From Paenibacillaceae bacterium (GTDB lineage: Bacteria > Bacillota > Bacilli > Paenibacillales > UBA4045), in contig JBBDIY010000044.1 in NCBI GenBank assembly GCA_040880185.1, forward strand, positions 12,970 to 76,969: a stretch of DNA of 64,000 nucleotides, given 5' to 3'. This document shows positions 57,742-64,000 of the stretch, in pieces. The notes under the pieces were generated by a model. The model did not search any database, was not told the DNA's origin, and saw only the letters and a list, made by a program, of their open reading frames with translations. Numbering within the stretch: the stretch's first letter is position 1; the number at the start of each line of letters is the position of its first letter. The position numbers were made by a program, and so were the translations under genes.

Positions 57742-58619
57742 CACGGATCGCTTACTTAGGACCAGAAGGAACAGTTTCGCATGAAGCAACAGCTCATTTC
57801 TTTCCGGAGCAGGAGCACATACTCGTCCCTTACAGATGGATTTCGGATGTTTGTTTGGCCACCGTTCATCAGGATACGGACATCAGTGTGATTCCGATAG
57901 AGAACACAATCGACGGCTCGGTCAATCCACATATTGATTTTCTAATTCATGAGATTGACCTACCTATACAAGCCGAATGGATTTACCCATCCGTACAGAA
58001 TCTAATTGGTTATCATTCAAGCACAAATAAGGCATCAGATATTGATCTTTCAACAATTCATACGATCGTCTCGATTCCCGTCGCGATAGCCCAATGTCAG
58101 CAATTTCTAAAAAATCATCTGCCGGGAGTTACATTCGAACATGTCAGTAGTACGGCAGAAGGTGTTCGGATCGTAAAAGAGCGCCAGGATCCAGGTTATG
58201 CGGCGATTGGAACAGCAACAGCAGCCCAGATGTACGAGTTGGATGTGCTTGCAGCTAACATTACCGATCATGAGAACAATTACACAAGATTCATCGCGGT
58301 AGGACATCATTCATTAACTCTTCCACGAACAAATTTGCAGAAAACAACCATCCTTGTAACGCTGCCTGAGGATTATCCAGGGGCTTTACATCAGGTTTTA
58401 TCTGCCTTTGCTTGGCGAAGGATCAATCTGACGAAGATTGAATCGCGTCCAACAAAGAAGAACTTAGGCAGTTATTTTTTCTATATAGATATAGAAGGCT
58501 CATTACAATCGTTGCTACTCCCCAATGCGATCAGTGAAATTGAATCGATTGGTTGCCAAGTGCGTATTCTGGGTTCATATCCCATTTACTCATATCAAAC
58601 AATAATCTCGGAGGTGTAA
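57738..58619 (+). CDS. pheA: Prephenate dehydratase
   Basis: IAYLGPEGTVSHEA start, the TRF motif (NYTRFIAV) and a C-terminal ACT with ESRP (KIESRPTKK). Confidence 0.92.
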   Translation: MTRIAYLGPEGTVSHEATAHFFPEQEHILVPYRWISDVCLATVHQDTDISVIPIENTIDGSVNPHIDFLIHEIDLPIQAEWIYPSVQNLIGYHSSTNKASDIDLSTIHTIVSIPVAIAQCQQFLKNHLPGVTFEHVSSTAEGVRIVKERQDPGYAAIGTATAAQMYELDVLAANITDHENNYTRFIAVGHHSLTLPRTNLQKTTILVTLPEDYPGALHQVLSAFAWRRINLTKIESRPTKKNLGSYFFYIDIEGSLQSLLLPNAISEIESIGCQVRILGSYPIYSYQTIISEV

Positions 58620-58626
58620 GTTACTT

Positions 58627-59511
58627 ATGGCAACGCAACAATGGATTTACTTGAATGGCGATTTTGTGACAAAGGAGAATGCAAAGGTATCGGTTTACGA
58701 TCATGGTTTTCTGTATGGTGATGGCATATTCGAAGGTATTCGCATATATAACGGTAATATTTTTAAGTGTAAAGAGCACTTGGACAGACTATATGATTCA
58801 GCCAAATCGATCATGCTCAATATCCCTCTAACGTATGATGAGATGCAGGAAGCCTTGGTCGAATCCGTTCGACGTAATGAACTGCACAATGGTTATATTC
58901 GATTGGTTGTTTCACGAGGTCCCGGCGATTTAGGACTTGATCCACGCCGTTCTCCTAAGGCCAATGTAATTATCATCGTAGAACAATTGGCCATCTATTC
59001 TGCCGATGCATATATCGATGGATTGAAAATCGTGTCCGTATCCACACGTCGCAATGTGCCGGACGCCCTAAATCCTAAGATCAAATCACTTAACTATCTG
59101 AATAATATTCTGGTCAAAATCCAAGCTAATCTGGCCGGTGTTGGTGAGGCGCTTATGCTTAATGCACAGGGTTATGTTGCTGAGGGCTCAGGTGATAACA
59201 TCTTCATCATTAAGAAAGGTGTATTAATAACACCGCCATGTTACATCGGGGCGCTTGAAGGAATCACACGTGAAGCGATCATGGTTATTGCTAGAAGGGA
59301 AGGCTATACAGTCAAGGAAGAGCCATTCACACTTCATGATGTCTATATTGCTGATGAGGTTTTCTTGACCGGTACTGCCGCAGAGGTCATTGCTGTCCGT
59401 GAAGTAGATGCGAGGATTATTGGAAGTGGAAAAGCAGGCCCAATTACGACTCATCTGCTTCAGGAATTCAGGAAAATTGTAGATCAAGATGGCGTTAAAG
59501 TGTATTCGTAG
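58627..59511 (+). CDS. ilvE: Class IV aminotransferase, most likely branched-chain amino acid aminotransferase
   Basis: HGFLYGDGIFEGIR, the PLP lysine context NPKIKSLNYLNN, and LTGTAAEV. The FEGIR signature favours BCAT over D-amino-acid aminotransferase, but I cannot exclude the latter. Confidence 0.7.
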   Translation: MATQQWIYLNGDFVTKENAKVSVYDHGFLYGDGIFEGIRIYNGNIFKCKEHLDRLYDSAKSIMLNIPLTYDEMQEALVESVRRNELHNGYIRLVVSRGPGDLGLDPRRSPKANVIIIVEQLAIYSADAYIDGLKIVSVSTRRNVPDALNPKIKSLNYLNNILVKIQANLAGVGEALMLNAQGYVAEGSGDNIFIIKKGVLITPPCYIGALEGITREAIMVIARREGYTVKEEPFTLHDVYIADEVFLTGTAAEVIAVREVDARIIGSGKAGPITTHLLQEFRKIVDQDGVKVYS

Positions 59512-59529
59512 GGGCGATATTCTAATGAA

Positions 59530-59564
59530 GGATGTTCAGAAGCTAATTCTGAATGTCCTTTTTT
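59530..59564 (+). terminator. Rho-independent terminator
   Basis: GGATGTTCAGAA / TTCTGAATGTCC stem (two G-U pairs) followed by TTTTTT. Confidence 0.78.
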
Positions 59565-59636
59565 CACGAATTAGTGGGTCAATTGCCTATCCCGTGCATA
59601 AGATGTAAGTGACACTTAATCGGGAGGTTCAGCGCA

Positions 59637-60521
59637 TTGAAAATTCATTTCGTAAAAGCAGGAGAGACCCTGTATGAAATTGGCAAGAAGTATGGGGTAA
59701 CCGTTGAGGAGATTGTAGCAGCCAATAAGTCGATCATTGATCCGAATCTGATCATGGCGGGAATGAAATTAATCATACCAGTGAAGCAGATGCCAGCACC
59801 GGTGCCAGCACCTATTCCTGCAGATATCATAGCACCGAGCATTCCTCATTATCCAACACAACAGAATATGACAACACATCAAAATTTGCCAGTAAATCAG
59901 AATATGCCAGTAATTCAGAATCCTACGGCTAATCAGAATATGCCAACAAATCAGTATTCTTCACATTTACCCGTATATCCGGGTCAGGCAGTACCACCCT
60001 TTGCAGCTATTCCCGTCCCAGCTCAGCAGGTGACTGCACCTGTTTCAATGTCCAGTATACCTGCTTGGAATATGCCGACGGAATACACAGCTTATAATAC
60101 TCCATACCATATGACCAACTATGCGGCACCCAATTCATATCCTAACCCTACTTATCAAGGTATGCCACAATCGAATTCTCATTATCAATCGTATCCAACA
60201 AGCATGCAGCAATATCCAAGCAACGGGAATTATGAATATTACAACACCTATTCGGCGTTGCAGAGTAATGCGGCTTGGCCTACACACAATCCCCAGCCTC
60301 ATGCTCAGTTGTATCAGCCTCAATTGACACAAGACATTGATCAACCCCAATCTTTGATGCAGCTGGAGGATAATAATGAGGGCACGAACCTACAGGAGAA
60401 TAAAGAAGCGAGAACTTCATCAACCTCATCAAGCTCCAAAGGGAATGGGTCTATGAAACCGAAGAAAAATACTTTGCATGATCAAGTCATGAGATTACAA
60501 CAAACAAGAAATCGCAGATAA
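59637..60521 (+). CDS. safA: LysM-domain spore coat assembly protein (SafA-like) with a Q/N/P/Y-rich low-complexity region
   Basis: N-terminal LysM HFVKAGETLYEIGKKYGVTVEEIVAANK...LIIP. A long Pro/Gln/Asn/Tyr-rich tail follows. It sits near bofC-ruvAB, as safA does in B. subtilis. TTG start. Confidence 0.65.
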   Translation: MKIHFVKAGETLYEIGKKYGVTVEEIVAANKSIIDPNLIMAGMKLIIPVKQMPAPVPAPIPADIIAPSIPHYPTQQNMTTHQNLPVNQNMPVIQNPTANQNMPTNQYSSHLPVYPGQAVPPFAAIPVPAQQVTAPVSMSSIPAWNMPTEYTAYNTPYHMTNYAAPNSYPNPTYQGMPQSNSHYQSYPTSMQQYPSNGNYEYYNTYSALQSNAAWPTHNPQPHAQLYQPQLTQDIDQPQSLMQLEDNNEGTNLQENKEARTSSTSSSSKGNGSMKPKKNTLHDQVMRLQQTRNRR

Positions 60522-60581
60522 ACGAATAAATGTTGCCATCACAGGTGAGAATAGTCATATTAGATTGCATACAAGAAGGCG

Positions 60582-61007
60582 ATGGCAGTGGGTTTAAAAC
60601 GAGCTATGGATCGAATAAAAAGAAAAATTAAACGTAAAAAGAGATTATTATTAGCTAGTCTCATACTCCTCTTCATGATCACGGGAATGTTGATCGGGGG
60701 AGTGGGAGTGGATGCTCGAGGCAATGCTGGCGAAGTTAATCACGACATCAGAAATTTCTGCCCTACTTGTACAGAGCTTGCGTATGTGGGTTTGGATGAT
60801 CGCGATTATTTAACCCTATATGATGGTCATCCAGAGGGTGGCAAAATCGTTCGCAGGTTATTCCGACTCGATATAGAATCGATTGAGAATAGTCTGCCCG
60901 AAGAAACCATGGAACAATTGATGAATGGAATTCAGGTATCGGATGATATTGAGTACAGTAGTGTTCTATCCTCATTCAATGATTATGCGATAGGAGTAGT
61001 GAAGTAG
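60582..61007 (+). CDS. bofC: BofC-like protein (C-terminal BofC domain; forespore regulator of the sigmaK checkpoint)
   Basis: AYVGLDDRDYLTLYDGHPEGGKIVRRLFRLDIESIENSLPEETMEQLMNGIQV aligns with B. subtilis BofC GYIGVSDNGVISTFHGRPEPASEPIQSFFQIDLERLESHMQKNLLKGIPF. It has a basic N-terminus plus a TM, and lies upstream of the ruv genes. Confidence 0.6.
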   Translation: MAVGLKRAMDRIKRKIKRKKRLLLASLILLFMITGMLIGGVGVDARGNAGEVNHDIRNFCPTCTELAYVGLDDRDYLTLYDGHPEGGKIVRRLFRLDIESIENSLPEETMEQLMNGIQVSDDIEYSSVLSSFNDYAIGVVK

Positions 61008-61019
61008 ATATACCGAGAT

Positions 61020-61052
61020 GACCGGCTCTTCGCAGCCTGTCTTCTTTTTTTT
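61020..61052 (+). terminator. Rho-independent terminator
   Basis: GACCGGCT-CTTCGC-AGCCTGTC (7 of 8 pairs) followed by TTCTTTTTTTT. Confidence 0.65.
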
Positions 61053-61185
61053 GATCATTAATGCGGTAATCCTACAAGGTATCTGCTATAATCAGAATGA
61101 TACATACGTTCGTATTGAAATATATTTTCGAATGGTTTTATCGATCTCTAGTGTAGTCATCAAATCGTATAGGGGGTATTTTCCT

Positions 61186-61689
61186 ATTAGAATCATAGGT
61201 ATAGATCCCGGTATTGCTATAGTTGGCTTCGGTATTGTCGACTTAGAGGGCAGTAGATTAAAGCCGGTACAATATGGATGCATTGAAACGCCTGCACACA
61301 CGGAGCAAGGTGAGCGTCTATTGATGATCCATGAATCACTTAACCAATTGATAGAGAAGTATAAGCCAAACCAGATGGCGGTTGAACGATTGTTTTTTAA
61401 CCGTAATGTGACAACCGCATTCAATGTTGCTGAAGCAAGAGGAGTCATTATTCTGACTGGTGTGCAGCATAAGCTTTCTATTGCAGAATATACACCTTTA
61501 CAAGTAAAGCAAGCGATTGTCGGTTATGGTAAAGCAGAGAAACGTCAAGTGCAAGAGATGGTGCGAATGTTCCTGAATCTTAAGGAGATTCCGAAACCAG
61601 ATGATGTGGCAGATGCCCTAGCTGTGGCTATTTGTCATGGACATTCGAATTCGTTAAATGACAAAATAAAGGAGGGCATCCCGAAATGA
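61186..61689 (+). CDS. ruvC: Holliday junction resolvase RuvC
   Basis: (M)RIIGIDPGIAIVGFGIVD, the catalytic ERLFFNRN and the DAADALAVAICH-type motif (DVADALAVAICH). The start is ambiguous. ATT 61186 lies 9 nt after AGGGGG. The nearest in-frame ATG is 61132, without an SD. ORF start 61018 lies inside the upstream terminator. Confidence 0.8.
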   Translation: MRIIGIDPGIAIVGFGIVDLEGSRLKPVQYGCIETPAHTEQGERLLMIHESLNQLIEKYKPNQMAVERLFFNRNVTTAFNVAEARGVIILTGVQHKLSIAEYTPLQVKQAIVGYGKAEKRQVQEMVRMFLNLKEIPKPDDVADALAVAICHGHSNSLNDKIKEGIPK

Positions 61690-62318
61690 TAGATTATTTG
61701 CGCGGTCAAATTCGCTTGTGTGAAACTGATTTCATCGTTATGGATGTTGGTGGGGTTGGTTATCGTGTATTCTGTGCCAATCCATATGCTTACCAGCAAC
61801 AATCTGATATCGAAGCCATTGTCTATATTCACTATCATGTGCGAGAAGATGCTATTCTGCTCTATGGCTTCACATCTCGAGAAGAACAAGCTCTTTTCCG
61901 TCGTCTGTTAGAAGTTACAGGAATTGGACCGCGTGTTGCTCTTGGTGTTCTATCTGGAGGACGCCCTGAATTACTCATAGCAGCCATACAGAGAGAAGAT
62001 ATTACTTACTTAACTCGAATGCCTGGAATAGGGAAGAAAACGGCTCAACGCATCATACTTGATCTGAAGGATAAGCTCGTTCCAGCAGGACCAGCACTAC
62101 ATGATGTTTTTTCATTTGGGGGTTCCTCAACAGTAGGATCGACCAGCCTATCTGGAGAAGTTGTGGTTATCCAAGAAGCCAAGGAAGCGCTGCGTGCACT
62201 TTCCTTTACAGATGGTGAAATTGATCGAATTTGGCCTGCAGTTAAAGCTAAGATGAATGAGAACGATAGCGCAGATACCTTGATTAAGATGGCACTTCAG
62301 CTATTATATAAAGGGTAG
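61686..62318 (+). CDS. ruvA: Holliday junction DNA helicase RuvA
   Basis: MIDYLRGQI start and HhH motifs L..V.GIGPRVAL and MPGIGKKTAQRI. Confidence 0.95.
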   Translation: MIDYLRGQIRLCETDFIVMDVGGVGYRVFCANPYAYQQQSDIEAIVYIHYHVREDAILLYGFTSREEQALFRRLLEVTGIGPRVALGVLSGGRPELLIAAIQREDITYLTRMPGIGKKTAQRIILDLKDKLVPAGPALHDVFSFGGSSTVGSTSLSGEVVVIQEAKEALRALSFTDGEIDRIWPAVKAKMNENDSADTLIKMALQLLYKG

Positions 62319-62354
62319 ATTCACATAAGTGATATTCGAGAAGGAGTGTACAGC

Positions 62355-63362
62355 ATGGAGGATCGAGTGATTTCGGCCAATCTGATGATGGAAGAGGATA
62401 TACTTGAATTCAGTCTTCGACCTCGATTCTTGTCTGAATATATCGGGCAAACTCAGGTCAAGGAAAACCTGAAGATCTATATCGAAGCGGCCAAGATGAG
62501 GAAGGAAGCATTGGACCACGTTCTATTATATGGACCTCCGGGCTTGGGTAAGACAACGTTATCCAATATTATCGCTAATGAGTTAGGTGTCCATATTCGA
62601 ACAACGTCTGGCCCAGCCATTGAACGACCTGGTGACTTAGCAGCTATTCTAACCAACCTTCAAGATGGGGATGTATTGTTCATTGATGAAATCCATCGAC
62701 TTCAGAGAGCGGTTGAGGAAGTGTTGTATCCGGCCATGGAGGATTTCGTGCTGGATATTATTATCGGCAAGGGGCCTAGTGCAAGATCAGTTCGATTAGA
62801 TTTGCCGAAATTCACTCTAATTGGTGCAACCACGCGAGCGGGACTCATCTCATCACCACTTCGTGACCGATTCGGTGTTGTAAGCAGGCTTGAATACTAT
62901 ACCGTGGATGAATTATCTTATATTGTTAGCAGGACTGCAGAAATTCTACAGGTTGGCATTGTTGGCGATGGTGCCAGCGAGATGGGTCGTCGTTCGAGAG
63001 GGACACCACGTATCGCTAACCGTTTGTTAAAACGTGTACGAGACTTCGCCCAGGTTAGAGGAGATGGAGTCATCACTCCAGATATTGCCAAAGAAGCACT
63101 CAAGCTTCTACAGGTCGACGACCTAGGATTAGATGCAATTGATCATAAGATGCTCCACTCCATCATCTCTCACTTTCGCGGTGGACCTGTAGGTCTTGAT
63201 ACGATTGCCGCAACAATTGGTGAAGAAAGCCAAACGATTGAGGACGTATACGAACCTTACTTACTACAGATCGGCTTTCTCCAACGCACACCGCGTGGTC
63301 GTATGGTCACAACGGCTGCATACCACCATCTTGGTTTAAAGCCCCCTGAAGACATTACCTAA
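62355..63362 (+). CDS. ruvB: Holliday junction DNA helicase RuvB
   Basis: LRP..L.EYIGQ, Walker [10 protein letters not shown], Walker [11 protein letters not shown], and sensor GATTRAG. AAGGAG lies 8 nt before the ATG at 62355. Confidence 0.96.
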   Translation: MEDRVISANLMMEEDILEFSLRPRFLSEYIGQTQVKENLKIYIEAAKMRKEALDHVLLYGPPGLGKTTLSNIIANELGVHIRTTSGPAIERPGDLAAILTNLQDGDVLFIDEIHRLQRAVEEVLYPAMEDFVLDIIIGKGPSARSVRLDLPKFTLIGATTRAGLISSPLRDRFGVVSRLEYYTVDELSYIVSRTAEILQVGIVGDGASEMGRRSRGTPRIANRLLKRVRDFAQVRGDGVITPDIAKEALKLLQVDDLGLDAIDHKMLHSIISHFRGGPVGLDTIAATIGEESQTIEDVYEPYLLQIGFLQRTPRGRMVTTAAYHHLGLKPPEDIT

Positions 63363-63376
63363 ATGCTAAGAAGGCG

Positions 63377-63784
63377 GTGACAATGATGAATGATAATCGA
63401 CTTATTATAATTTATGATGGTCATTGTGTGCTCTGCACAAGGACGGTAGCCCGATTAATGTCACTTCGTACAACAACCGTTATCGAATCGGTCCCTCTAC
63501 AGGACGAACGGATCGTTACGTTGCTGCCTGTGGGATATGATAGAGCAAAGCTCGATAAGGAGATTCATGTGATTGACATGTCGAATGGTCTCATTATACG
63601 AGGTGCTGATGCGGTTATCTATATCATGACGAAATTGCCATCATTTCGCTTTGTTGCAATGATGTATCGTATCCCCGGCATGAAGTGGCTGGCAGCTCGT
63701 ATTTATCAATGGATAGCCAAGCGTCGCTATAAGCTGTTCGGGAAGACAGATGAGTGTGATTCCGGGCATTGCCGGATGAAGTAG
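63377..63784 (+). CDS. DCC-family thiol-disulfide oxidoreductase (DUF393)
   Basis: IIYDGHCVLCTRTV (the D-C-x-x-C signature) near the N-terminus of a ~130-aa protein. Confidence 0.72.
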   Translation: MTMMNDNRLIIIYDGHCVLCTRTVARLMSLRTTTVIESVPLQDERIVTLLPVGYDRAKLDKEIHVIDMSNGLIIRGADAVIYIMTKLPSFRFVAMMYRIPGMKWLAARIYQWIAKRRYKLFGKTDECDSGHCRMK

Positions 63785-63803
63785 AGGAATGGGAATTAGC
63801 ATT

Positions 63804-63833
63804 GAGTATATGTGAATGGTTTCACATATACTC
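63804..63833. repeat. Perfect 13-bp inverted repeat with a 4-nt loop
   Basis: GAGTATATGTGAA-TGGT-TTCACATATACTC lies 20 nt after the stop of the DCC gene. There is no T tract on either strand. Confidence 0.7.
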
Positions 63834-64000
63834 ACAGAATGCATCTGGCAAGTAATCCCAAATGGATTATAAATAGTACCTAAGACCTATTAAAATGAGT
63901 ATTTAGTTACATAAAATTGCCGGATTCACTAAAAAACATACAGCTTTTTGTGAAATTATAAGATATAATACATGAGATAAGTTAAATGACGCATTATCAA

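Noticed and set aside
61018-61131. Upstream extension of ruvC to the ORF-track start at 61018
   Set aside because: The extension begins inside the bofC terminator hairpin and T-tract. It encodes a hydrophobic non-RuvC sequence and precedes the candidate promoter at 61084-61092.

Overview
This window looks like chromosome from a spore-forming Bacillales genome. Gene content looks Paenibacillus-like: an SLH-anchored amidase, RuvC, RNase G and a cobA-hemD fusion. It is colinear with the Bacillus subtilis region lonB-lonA-engB / hemAXCDBL / spoVID-valS-folC / radC-mreBCD-minCD / spoIVFAB / rplU-prp-rpmA / spo0B-obg / pheB-pheA / safA-bofC-ruvAB. About 60 genes are present, nearly all on the + strand. 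All product calls rest on motif recognition, by-eye alignment to well-known B. subtilis proteins, and synteny; no database search was possible. Three accessory blocks interrupt the core. (1) 15.0-19.3 kb, between hemL and hemE, is a decayed PBSX-like prophage remnant. It has an XRE / ImmA / catalytically dead S24-domain immunity operon, a sigma-region-4-like activator, frameshifted structural debris, an apparently intact amidase-holin lysis cassette, and phased repeats. (2) 31.0-34.5 kb is a visibly AT-rich island. It carries a 6-TM HD-GYP protein, an unannotated 20-aa Cys/Trp-rich peptide ORF with a near-perfect Shine-Dalgarno, and a PqqD/RRE-like domain fused to a HExxH polytopic membrane protease, followed by two nested MITE-like elements. 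This trio is my best candidate for an undescribed peptide-signalling or RiPP-like system. (3) 50.0-54.8 kb is a nitrate-assimilation cluster (narK, a TrpD-fold protein with degenerate catalytic motifs, nasC), with a TnrA/GlnR-type box upstream and a 51-bp tandem repeat downstream. Smaller oddities are a frameshifted RluA-family gene, valS apparently lacking a T-box leader, a possible ATT start for ruvC, and a Crp/Fnr regulator antisense inside the hem operon. No rRNA, tRNA or CRISPR array was seen.
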